64,000 nucleotides of DNA from an uncultured virus (IMG/VR IMGVR_UViG_3300025115_000005) (lineage: Duplodnaviria > Heunggongvirae > Uroviricota > Caudoviricetes), in IMG/VR virus record IMGVR_UViG_3300025115_000005; one strand, given 5' to 3'. Positions 45,523-56,400 of this stretch are shown piece by piece; within the stretch, counting starts at the first letter, position 1; each line of letters opens with the position of its first letter. The notes under the pieces are model-generated. The model was not told the origin of the DNA and made no database searches. It saw only the letters and a program-made list of their open reading frames with translations. The position numbers and the translations under genes were made by a program.

Positions 45523-46194
45523 TTATTTTAGACCACCGAGTCTACTCTTGAATGACTTCAGAGCTTCCTGAGTATTAGCTGGCTGAATGCCTGAGGCACC
45601 AGGTACTACAGGATTGACTACTCCTCTATCGTTAGGAGTTTGTGTTGGATTAGGATTTAACACAGGAGGTTTACCCATTTGTTGTAACCGTTCACTAGGA
45701 AGTGGACCTGGAGGTACTTGACCTGGAGGTATGATTTGTGCTCCTTGTTGAACTGGAGTAACTGGGTTAACTTGTGCAAGAATCTGATGAACAGCATGTT
45801 CTTTATTTGCCATAGCTTTACCATAGCATAGATAGAATGCTTCTCGAACATAAGCCTCGGTAGTATTCTCAGGCTTCATCGTCTTATCTAAGAATAGATC
45901 TAAGTCCTCTCTAATTGCACCAACAACTCCTACTGGAAATTGTGGTGTTAGTTTAGCTAAGGTACCAGCAATCGTATCCTCACGCATTTTTTTCTGCAGA
46001 TACGCTTTTGTCGCTGGATCAAGAGGTTCCTTATCCGGCGTGCTAGCTTTACGATCTTGCTCTAACTTAGTGATGTAGCTATTCTGATCACTTACGTTCT
46101 TTACCAACTTGGCTTTCTCAGCCTTTTCTGCCTCCAGCTCCGCTTTAATGCGTGCGTTTTCTTCTTGTAATGCTTGAAATTCTTTTTCGTCCAT
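45523..46194 (-). CDS. Capsid scaffolding protein
   Basis: Coiled-coil N-terminus and Pro/Gln-rich tail; lies between portal and capsid genes. Confidence 0.65.
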   Translation of the reverse strand: MDEKEFQALQEENARIKAELEAEKAEKAKLVKNVSDQNSYITKLEQDRKASTPDKEPLDPATKAYLQKKMREDTIAGTLAKLTPQFPVGVVGAIREDLDLFLDKTMKPENTTEAYVREAFYLCYGKAMANKEHAVHQILAQVNPVTPVQQGAQIIPPGQVPPGPLPSERLQQMGKPPVLNPNPTQTPNDRGVVNPVVPGASGIQPANTQEALKSFKSRLGGLK

Positions 46195-46222
46195 GGTTTA
46201 TTTTTCCTTTCTGCTGTACGTA

Positions 46223-48151
46223 TTAGGCCTTGGCTCTAGGTTCTCCCTGAGCTGTACTCTTCATAAACGCCTTGGCACCATCATAAACATTTTGGCCTTG
46301 ATTCTTTTGTACAAATTTTTGGTGATGTTGAATGTGTTCATTGATACTTTGAAGTATAAGATCATACTTCTTAGCATCTTTATCTTTGAGCACTAGTAAT
46401 TCAGGAGACAGTCTGAATAGGTCATGCTCATAGATATGCTGCTCATGATTATGAAACTGTTCAACATTTGGTTTCTTAGAATCTAAGATCATAAAATGTT
46501 CTGTTTCAATAAGCTCATGGTTCGCACGTTCTTTAGGATCAAGTGTATCCTTCAGATAGTTTGCTTTGATAGCATTCAACAACTCTTTCTTACTGATATA
46601 AGATAAGTTCATCTGGGCATTGTAGAGCCCTAACTGATTTGCTTGCTGAAGTTTCTTGTCGTATATCTGGTCACTTTGCATCAGGAACTCCCTGTTTACA
46701 ATTGTGAGTTGTTCTACGTCAACCTCTTCTAAGTTGTATTTTACCACGTAGGCGTCTTTCTTAGCAAGACCAAGTTTCTCTTTTATAAATTTCTGGCGAA
46801 ATTTCTCTAGATATAAAATTTTTTTAAAGATCTGGATGTAAGCGTTTGATATATTATCAATTGCATTAACCAGTTTATTTTGATCTGATTCTGCTACCTT
46901 ATCAACAACACCATCAGTTCTCATATTAGACTTACCTGTACCATACACAGTAAGTGGTGATAGACCAGCTGTGATTAGCATGTCTTCATCGAGCATACGC
47001 AAGTAACTAATGAATTCATTTGTTAACTGAGTTTTCTGAACTGCTTGAGGTGGACGTGCGTTACGCTTAAGTCCAATTAGTTTACCAGGTTTAGTAGAGA
47101 AGGTTGACTTATTTAATAAGGATCCCTCCCAGTAATAGAGTTGACCAATAGCAATATGGTTAACATATTCAAGGTAACGATTCTTTACTGCATTCAATGT
47201 ATCCTGGATAGGAATCAACTGAGGATAAACTGACATACCAAAGATATGTCCTGGAACTGTTTGTAAGTTAACAATATCAAATGGGATATTACGTTTACCG
47301 TTAAACCCATTTTCGTATGGAAGTTTTTGATCATAAAGAATTTTATCATTAACCATGATGATGTGTCTTCCTTCAGGATATTCAATGTCTGCTCTCTTAT
47401 AGTATTCATATACGAATGCATATTTCATATCCGATGGATTGTTTACTCCACGTTGTCCTGGAAGTTCTGTTCCCATGACATCTGTTATTTCCTCAGACTT
47501 AGCATCATAGCCCCAACGCTTTTTAATATAATCAAGAGAGTATGGCTTACGGTGAGCAAGTTCTTGGACCTCATCAATACTGTCAACAAATAAATTATCA
47601 ACAGCTATTTCGTGTAAAGGTATAGGTTGAATAAAAGGTCTACCTTCTTTAAGAAGGAATTCTTTTTTCTCTCCGTTAACATCTACTTCTATTGTTGCAA
47701 CATCTTCACCTTCAGACCAATCGACTCCAGTCTTAACCCATACAGCTGCATAGGTATCTCCTCGAGTGATGATCTTACAGTGCTTAGCTTTAAAGTCAAT
47801 GTCTTGCATGAATTCTGTTATGAACGAATTACCTTTGTTCGCATCGATGACACTCTTATGGGATGATGTGCTTGGCTTAAATCCAGGGATAGGCATATTA
47901 TCTGTTAAGATTGCATAGCGTGTTAAGTAGATAGGATTCATGCGGTTAAATATTTTTCTTTCTGTATATACTTTAGCATCTTCATACTGTTTAGCTTTGA
48001 TGATTAGGTTCTCACCTATCTTGATGTTTTGGTTTCCTCTAATATATTCAGTATTAAAATTCCCGCTCACTACGAACGGCCGAATTTTAGTATTTGATTG
48101 ATCAACAAAGTGTCTAATGTATGAAGGCATGTTACGATAATCTTTTCCCAT
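46223..48151 (-). CDS. Portal protein
   Basis: 642 aa downstream of terL; NRMNP, LIPIQDTLN and HNHEQHIYEH patterns seen in podovirus-type portals. Confidence 0.75.
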   Translation of the reverse strand: MGKDYRNMPSYIRHFVDQSNTKIRPFVVSGNFNTEYIRGNQNIKIGENLIIKAKQYEDAKVYTERKIFNRMNPIYLTRYAILTDNMPIPGFKPSTSSHKSVIDANKGNSFITEFMQDIDFKAKHCKIITRGDTYAAVWVKTGVDWSEGEDVATIEVDVNGEKKEFLLKEGRPFIQPIPLHEIAVDNLFVDSIDEVQELAHRKPYSLDYIKKRWGYDAKSEEITDVMGTELPGQRGVNNPSDMKYAFVYEYYKRADIEYPEGRHIIMVNDKILYDQKLPYENGFNGKRNIPFDIVNLQTVPGHIFGMSVYPQLIPIQDTLNAVKNRYLEYVNHIAIGQLYYWEGSLLNKSTFSTKPGKLIGLKRNARPPQAVQKTQLTNEFISYLRMLDEDMLITAGLSPLTVYGTGKSNMRTDGVVDKVAESDQNKLVNAIDNISNAYIQIFKKILYLEKFRQKFIKEKLGLAKKDAYVVKYNLEEVDVEQLTIVNREFLMQSDQIYDKKLQQANQLGLYNAQMNLSYISKKELLNAIKANYLKDTLDPKERANHELIETEHFMILDSKKPNVEQFHNHEQHIYEHDLFRLSPELLVLKDKDAKKYDLILQSINEHIQHHQKFVQKNQGQNVYDGAKAFMKSTAQGEPRAKA

Positions 48152-48165
48152 CTACATACCTCCTA

Positions 48166-48450
48166 TTATTCTTCTTGATAACCGTGAGGATTAAATACAG
48201 TAGTGTTTTCGTCTTTTGATTCATCGAGTATAGATTCTTTAACGGGTTGATCTAAGCTTCGAATAAATGTTTCTACTTCTTCCTGGGTTATTTTAACACT
48301 GAGCATTGCTTCTGAAGTTATCGTAAGCATACGCTTATTAACTTCGTTATGAGCAAGCATTTGTTGATAGAGCAAGAATGTGAGTGCAGCTAATGCAAGT
48401 ATCAAAGCAAGTCCTAACATAACAAATAAAATGAATAGGTATAAATCCAT
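48166..48450 (-). CDS. Small membrane-anchored protein
   Basis: N-terminal TM (LFILFVMLGLALILALAALTFLL). Confidence 0.7.
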   Translation of the reverse strand: MDLYLFILFVMLGLALILALAALTFLLYQQMLAHNEVNKRMLTITSEAMLSVKITQEEVETFIRSLDQPVKESILDESKDENTTVFNPHGYQEE

Positions 48451-48453
48451 ATC

Positions 48454-48792
48454 TTATTCCTCCGAAGGTTTGACTTCTACTGCAACGACTGGCTCTACTA
48501 CTGTAGGTGTTTCAAAACCCACATCTTCTGTCTTAATAGTTTTCTTAGATTTCTTTTCTTCATAAGGTTTAACTACAAGACCAAGTAAATCTCTTACTTC
48601 GTTAGGGTTCTCTAATAAGACTTGTCTTAACATGTTTCTGTTAAGTCTTAACTCTGAGTTAGGAACTCCTTCAACACGAATAGATATGTTAGCAATTGAA
48701 TGCTTTTCTGTTCTATTCCACTTGCCTACTGGACAAGAGAATGTCATAAAATTTTTAGTTGAATCTTTTAATGCATACTTCATAGCTCTCAC
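48454..48792 (-). CDS. Hypothetical protein
   Basis: About 110 aa; AAGGAG RBS favours the start at 48783. Confidence 0.7.
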   Translation of the reverse strand: MRAMKYALKDSTKNFMTFSCPVGKWNRTEKHSIANISIRVEGVPNSELRLNRNMLRQVLLENPNEVRDLLGLVVKPYEEKKSKKTIKTEDVGFETPTVVEPVVAVEVKPSEE

Positions 48793-48809
48793 TCCTTTCT
48801 TTCATTTTA

Positions 48810-50417
48810 TTACAAGTCAAAGATATTATCAAGTGCGATAGAGTAATTATCTTCCGCATCTGCTTCAAGCTCTTCTAGTTCTTTTTCTACAAGTCTAATC
48901 AATTTAGGTCTATTATCTTTAACAATAATGGTGTCAGAACCTATAGGTGCAAGTTCATCTGAGTAATAGATCAGGAATAAACCATAGTCATCTAGTGCAT
49001 GATCACGACATCCTTCGGCTATCTTTAGTGGATAAAATTCGTCGTGCACAGCTTCATCAAATTCTTCTATTAGGTTGGGGCATAGCTCAGAGATTCTAAA
49101 TTTATGAACATTATCTTCACCTACAATAGTTGTGGATGAATGGATTTTATCGTTACGCATCTCTACGTTTCCTTTACCAGATAAAACTGATACAGGGTTT
49201 AAACCCCAGTGTTCAAACACATCTGATTTAGTTTCGCCTATTACTTTGCCACCTTCATCACGATAGCGATCTCCTGATCTAAACATATCATGCGGTAGAC
49301 AAGTAGCACTGATGTACATGCCTTCACTGCGGTTTGCTAGAACTTTAACAAAATCTTCAAAGATTAATTCTTGACCATACTGTTCTTGGAAAGTGAGTAC
49401 TCGTTTGTCCTGAGTTACTATATGCCAGTGTGCTGAGTGGTATGATGGTTTGTATCCCCAGTCCACCGATATAAAGATTTCGTAATCCATGTTAGATTCT
49501 TCTATTTCTTTAAGAGCTTGTCTTGTTTGTAAAGCAGCAAGTCTTTGTTTTTCTTTAAGATCAAACATCTTACCAGCTACAACATCCCAGTTACCCCAGA
49601 TGTCCATCTCCTGCATATGCTCAGGTTGCATAAGTAGCATAGCTACATAGGACTTAGCAATATAAGGATTATCTTTATAAGATGCTGGAATGAATCTAAC
49701 ATTAACAGGAATCTTTTGTTCTGCTCTACCATCTTCTCCAGGTAACACCATGTTATACTTGTGGTCTTTCGTAGTAAGTGGAGTATTATGAATAGGATCG
49801 TAAGATGTAACGGTAGGATCAATGAACATTTTCTTAACCCACTTATGTCCCTTGCCTCCAGGGTTAGCACCAAAGACTACTTTAGTAGGAATCTGATATT
49901 GCTTACCTGTATACTTATTAGTGAGCAAAGGTGAACGCACAATCGTGAGTAAGTATTCAATTGTCTTCTGATCATGCTTAGTAATTTCATCGACAGCTAA
50001 GTATTGAAATTCAAATCCTTGGAATGCTTTAGCTTCTTGATAGTTTGCTACACGTTGAAATGTAATATAAGATCCATTAGGAAATACAATAGATCTTCCT
50101 GGGTAGAATGAACTTGAGTTTTCTTTATAGTCGTATAGCTTGTGCCCTTGCATTTCCTGAGGGAATAGCGAAGGCAACTTATCTAAGAATGATTGACGAA
50201 CTGAGCCTAAGCTTTCACGAATGATAATAGCTTTAGCTCCTGGATAAGTTTGGCAAAACATGAAGGCATCACCGAGGATGCCCCCTGATTTACCTGCACC
50301 ACGTGCACCACCGAACAAGGTAATTGATATCCCGTCGGTGGCAAGAGGTGCGTTGTGTAATAAGACTTGCTTAGCATGTGGTTTATAATTAGGAATGATA
50401 ACTATTTGCTGAGGCAT
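48810..50417 (-). CDS. terL: Terminase large subunit
   Basis: PHAKQ, GGARGAGKS Walker A, AVDE Walker B, ANPGG, SVDWG nuclease motif, DHALD. Confidence 0.92.
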   Translation of the reverse strand: MPQQIVIIPNYKPHAKQVLLHNAPLATDGISITLFGGARGAGKSGGILGDAFMFCQTYPGAKAIIIRESLGSVRQSFLDKLPSLFPQEMQGHKLYDYKENSSSFYPGRSIVFPNGSYITFQRVANYQEAKAFQGFEFQYLAVDEITKHDQKTIEYLLTIVRSPLLTNKYTGKQYQIPTKVVFGANPGGKGHKWVKKMFIDPTVTSYDPIHNTPLTTKDHKYNMVLPGEDGRAEQKIPVNVRFIPASYKDNPYIAKSYVAMLLMQPEHMQEMDIWGNWDVVAGKMFDLKEKQRLAALQTRQALKEIEESNMDYEIFISVDWGYKPSYHSAHWHIVTQDKRVLTFQEQYGQELIFEDFVKVLANRSEGMYISATCLPHDMFRSGDRYRDEGGKVIGETKSDVFEHWGLNPVSVLSGKGNVEMRNDKIHSSTTIVGEDNVHKFRISELCPNLIEEFDEAVHDEFYPLKIAEGCRDHALDDYGLFLIYYSDELAPIGSDTIIVKDNRPKLIRLVEKELEELEADAEDNYSIALDNIFDL

Positions 50418-53400
50418 TATTCATTCCTCCAATCGTGTTGATGATCATAGATAGTTCTATTCTTAGGTGCTTGAGTTCTTACTTTATTAGTTCCAAGATT
50501 CTGTCGTTTAATATAAGGACGTCTTGCTCCTAGTTTAGAACTGATGCCAGATGCTTTACTTCCTGTTGCTGATGTTAGTGGAGGCACGAATGTCTTTCTA
50601 CCTAGGTATAGTTGTTTCATCTTGTCATCGTTATAACGAGTGTTGCCTCTATTATATACTCTAGGATTATGGAAGTACATTCTCTCATCATAGTTTCTAT
50701 TGTAGTGTCTTGGTAAATAATCCTTAACATAACTGTTCTTATAGTTTGTGGCTGCAGTGTCTGTAAGTAATTCTTTTAACACACTATAGTTTTCAGCTTC
50801 ATGAATAATAGCATCGTCTAATACTGCTTTCTCTTTATCACTTAGGTTTTCATAAAACTCTGTAGGATCTTTAATTAAGCTTAGTCTATGTGAGATAGAA
50901 TTAGATCTTAGTGAATAAAGAATCTCATTTTTGCCTGCCCCATTTTGAATAGCTTCGTTGATTAGTCCATAGATAACAGAAGGTTTTTGTTCTAAGTTCA
51001 TTGCTTTACGAATTTCTTTAGCCAGTTCATAGGATTGTTCTGAATCAAAGTTGTCACTTCCAAAGTATTCTGTTCCAGCAAGTTCTCTTTCGTACTTGAT
51101 ATAACCGTTGACTGATGATAGTGCTTTGTAGTAATTCTTAAGTTCTGCTTTGTAACCTTTGCTATTGCCTATCTCTGCAGATAGTGCTGCTTGTAAGGAT
51201 TTACCTAAGCGTTCAAGGAACACAGGATCTTCTGTATCTAGTTTAGTATATCTCCAGCTGTCTACCATTGCTGTAGCTCCAGCAATACCAATAACAAAGC
51301 CCATGCTCTTACGTGCTAAGTTATCTTCCCATGAGTAATTTGTTTTAACTGGAGTTCCTCCATACCAATCGGTGTTAGTTGCTACCTCATAAGGAACTTT
51401 GAATACTGGATTAACTTTACCTCCAATAAGTTCCATGAATAATCCTTGTAACTTTTTACCTAAAGTTTTGTTTGAAGAAGCCTTGAATGGTTCGATAAAC
51501 ATTTGTTCTAGATTTTGTAGTGGATTTGCGGATTGCTGGTAGGATATATAAGGTCTACCTAATAACGCAGTCTGAACTGGTTTGAACATAACTTGATCTT
51601 GCTTCCATTCTTCTTCGGTGTCTTCGTCTACGCCATACATGTCAGCAACCAGAGATGCAACCAAGTTAGTTACTAGTGTGGCTCCAATTAAACCTACTGC
51701 ATTACGAGCTAATGTTTTAAGACCATCGCTGTCTACTTCACCTAACCAAATATCTTTAAGAATACGTCCGGTTGTACGTGTAGTATCCATACCCCAACGA
51801 GCTAATGCTAGTGGGAATGTCATAAACATTGCCCATCCTTGTGTATACTTAGCAACGAAAGGGAATCCTCCTGGTGCACCTAGAGTATTTTCTACTACTT
51901 TCATTGCTTTCATTTCATTACTCTTCAATCCATCGATTGCTTCTTTCTTGTAGTAGGAGCTACCATATATTGGTTTGTTTTGTTCAAATGAATCAAGTAC
52001 TGCTAGGTACCCAGCGTAACGCCCAGCTAGTGTTTGAACTTGGAATGCTTTGTCTGTCATATTAAAGTAAGGATCTAAGAACTTAGGAGTCTTAACTTTA
52101 AAGTCCATAGAAGCTACGTCTAATCCTTTAGCTGTTCTATCTGTTGGGCTTAAACCAACAACATCTAAGAAGTTGTAAAGTTTAGCATACTGCATATTCC
52201 CGTTAACATCTTTTATATCGAAGATCTTACCATTAGATTGAAGTAAGGCAGAGAATTCTCTCATAGCCTGAGGAGCGTATAAGGCTACCTTAGGTGTAAT
52301 GGTTGACATCATTGCTAAGTCAAATGCTGAGAAGTTAATCATTCTATTAATAAGCTGTGGTACAGATGACATAATAAGTTTAGTAGTTTGAGAAGAAATT
52401 TCTTTCAGTAACTTCATTACTTTTCCAGGAACTTTAGCAGTAAAGAAATGCTTGTCTAGATGATCTGCAGTTGTTGTATCAAGCATATAAAGTTTTCCTG
52501 TAACAGCAGCCATTGCTAAACGTTCTTCAAAGGTATTACCTCCTGTAAGAAGTTCAACGTTACGGTTAATAAAACTTGTATCGATGTTTGCTATAGGTCT
52601 ATAGAATCCCATGCTTGCGTCTGTAGGAAATTTCTGACCATATTCATTAACTAAAGTAGCATTGTTTGTCTTAGCTAAGTACATAGCTCTTGATGCAATA
52701 GAGTTCACGGCATCCTTGTTTTCTAGTATAGCTTCGTATTTAAGGTCTTCAATTGATTCTTCTATTGCAATGAGTTCTCTAAGCAGATCTTTATCTGATA
52801 CATTTTCACTTGAATCGTATCGATCATATAAATCCTTAAGTGATTCAAATTTAGTTCCTTCAGGATCAAGTGACATTAGGTCTGTCTTTAAACCATTAAG
52901 CTGTAAGTACATAGAGTTTAAGTCTACGTTTCTATTCATTGTGCTGAATCCTTTAACTCTCTGATTAAATGCTATAGCAAGCTGACTGTATTTCCATTTC
53001 TTTTTAGGATCAGGCGTTGCAGTTTTAATTGCATCATCTAAAAGTTTTCTAGTTTCTTCCATGACTACCGTGTTGTTTAAAGCTCCAATGTCTTTTAAGT
53101 TATCAGACATGTGCTTAGCTGCACCTACCTTAGCAATGTTATCTGCAATAATATCTATAGAGTTATAGAAGTCATACTTTTTATTGCCAAGATATTCAGC
53201 TACTTTAAAGTTACCTTCTTCTTTATGGAATCCGAAGATTGTTTTAAGAGTGTGTATATAATCACCCTTCTTTAAATTATTATTACGAGAAACAATAGGG
53301 CTTAAGATGTGGAATAGAGAAGGAGATACTTGACCTGTTTCTTTTGCAATACGTTCTCCAACTTCTCCGATACGAGTGACAAGTTGATTCATAGCCATAG

Positions 53401-56400
53401 CTTCACGCTTATGAGTTAAACTGTATTCATCGATTGCAGCTCTCAATTGTTCTTGTGTTGTGAATCCCCATTTAGATTTCATATCCATCATTACAAGTTC
53501 TAAGTCTGCAGGACTATTCTTCGTTTTGATAAGTAGTGAATCATAAGATTTCATTTCAGCATAACGATTAAGTGCTACCTTATCTGCTGCACCCTTAACG
53601 AAGTAGTCTAGAATGGCTAAGCCTGCAGTTATTTCTGCATGAAGTGCTCTAGCATTTCTAGGTATAGATTGAACTACATGAGATAATCTTCCAGAGTCTT
53701 CGTCAAACTCAGCAAGACCTGAGGATGTCATAATGTTTTTCTTTGTATGAATTAAATGTCCATCTACTGGATCAATATCCATACGATATACTTTAGTTTG
53801 TTGTGACTTCTGAGCTTCGCCTAAGACTAAATCTTGCTTAGCAGAAGTGATTACTTCATCAAAGAATCCAACCATATCTGCATCTGTAATTTGATTTGGA
53901 TCTGTTGCGTCTAGACGTTGCATCAACGTTTGCTCTAAGGATTTGATTGATGGATCAATATCATTTGATACTTGTTTAAATTCTCTACCTAGCATAGTAG
54001 AACCGGATGCCATTAAATGTTGATAAGCATCACCTAAAGAACCTTCAACAGGTTTACCGTATACCGGTCTAATAGTGGTTCCTTCCTCTGTGCTCATAAA
54101 CTGCATAGGATTCTTATGAGTTACATAAGTTTTGGCTAGGTTAGGATTTAAGTCAGGAAGAATATCATAAGCATTATTAAATTGTTTTGTAGCTATGTCA
54201 ACACGATTAAGAGCTTGGATTGCTTTGTTTCTTGCAAAGTTATCTCTTTCCCCTGTTCGATAGACTTTATTATATTCTCTAACAAAGTCACTTTCTTTTC
54301 CAGAGTCATAGCCTTTTCTTCTGAAGGTTATTTCATTTGAATAAGCTCCACTACGAGTATCTACATAAGTAGGAACACCTGGGCTAGTATTAATGTTACC
54401 TGCTTTAATACCTTTACCATAAGCATCTTGAATAGGTTTTCCGTCAATGATGTCATCTAAATTTTCTGGGTTAAATCCTGAACGTTGACTTCCTGAAACA
54501 CTGATACCTTCGTTTAATAAACCTCTTGATTGAAGGGATACAATGTCTCTTTTTGAAATACGTTGTCCAGAATCTTCAAGTAAATAATTCCAGAAGTCTA
54601 CCATACTTAAGTATCCTTGTGTAAAAGAATCTCTTCCTTCAGATGTATCAAGCATAACATCACTGGTAATCTTACCAGGGGTTTGCTTTAATCCTGCTAA
54701 TTTTTCAAGCTTGCCTAAACCGCTTGACTTAGATAAGATACTTTCACTAACAGACTCTTTTGCAAATTCTTTTACTAAAGAAGAGTAGTTTTCTACGCCT
54801 GTTACAATGTTTTCATAAAACTTAGAGAAAAGTTCTTGGCTAAATAGTTTACGCTCCATTTTATTTAAGCTTCTATGGAAGGATGCTTTAGCTTCTGGTG
54901 TAGAGAAGAATCTATTAATCAGAGCAACACTTAGGTTTAAATTTCTATCGTCAGCATAAGTTCCTTTAAGTTGGTTTTGTTGTTTAACTGTGCGTAAATA
55001 TTTTGCATCTGCTTCATTAGTTGGTTTAATCTTACTTAAAATAATATTAACAAGTAAGTTTTGGTAAATGCTTATTGCATTATTACCTAAGAAGCTAGGT
55101 TCTTTAATCTGTTGTCTCATTGCATTGATGCGGTTAATAAAGCTTGGATCAAAGATAAGCTCACCATCTACATCTTTAATGACTGTATCACTAAAGACTA
55201 ATCCAGATAGAGGACTTCTCATTGAGTGTGCAAAGACTAAGGAGTCTACACCTTTGTCTTTAATATAGTCTGGATACTTAGCATTGTTTTCCACAACTGC
55301 TAAGTTAGTTCTAAAAGCTTGAACCTTTCTTCCGTCTATTTCTAATTTGACAGGAACTAAGTCTTGTTTTACACCCTTCATCACAGTTTCGTAAGCTTCA
55401 GGAGATACATACATTGCGATGTCTTTTGTATCCACTTCTTTTCCTTGTAACGTTACAGATTTAATTTTATTATCTACACGTGTAAGTGTAGACTTAAAGA
55501 TATCCTCGTTACCAATGGATGCGACTTTATATTGATGATCTAAAGCAATAGGTTGTACAAAGTAAGCTCTTCCTCTAATAGCTTTTTTAAAATGCTTCAT
55601 CTTGCTGTAGTCTTTGTTTGGATTATACTTTTCGCTATAAGCGATATAGTTTGGATGAGATTCTGCATACTCTCTACGGATTAATCCAGATCCTGCTTCG
55701 ACATTCATTTCAGGATCTATAACAACGTAAACATTTCTGCGGGTTAATAAACCCCTCTTAGCTGAGTTTGTTAAGGCATCTTGAATAGTATGGAAACTCT
55801 TAGTAGGCGTATTCTCTTCGATGTCATCTGCAAAATGTTGGAACATCGCACGGATGATTTCATCAAAGTCTTTACCGCTGTTGAAATCTATGAATGCATC
55901 ATTCAAGCTATTGCCAACAAGATCTTCATAAGTGTCCATCATGTTTTGGTTAATCTTGATGTAGTCTTCTTCAGACTCTCTTGTCTTCATAGCTTGCTTT
56001 AGAACTTGCTCATACTCTTGACTGTGTCTAATTTTAGCTTCTTCAAGTACGAGAGCGGCTCTGATTTGTTCCACGTCTAAAGAACTATCAGGTTTTCTAT
56101 TCTTAAATAGTAACCCAAAAGTTTTTTCGCTTAATGAATTTTTAAGAATTTTAATTACTTCATTACGATAAGTTATGTCTGTAGCAAGCTTGCGATTGAT
56201 ACCACCTATCATGTAGCTAGGAATAATAAATTGTTTATACTCTAGTTGTGTTGTATCAAAAGGTCTTGTCTCTAAATCAGTAAATTCTGATGCAAGTTTC
56301 TTTTGAATCCAGCCTGATACGGTATCACGAATACCAGCAACTGAAGAGAATATCTTTTGTTGGCTGAACTGTTTAAGTTGAGTCATACGATTGTTACTAA

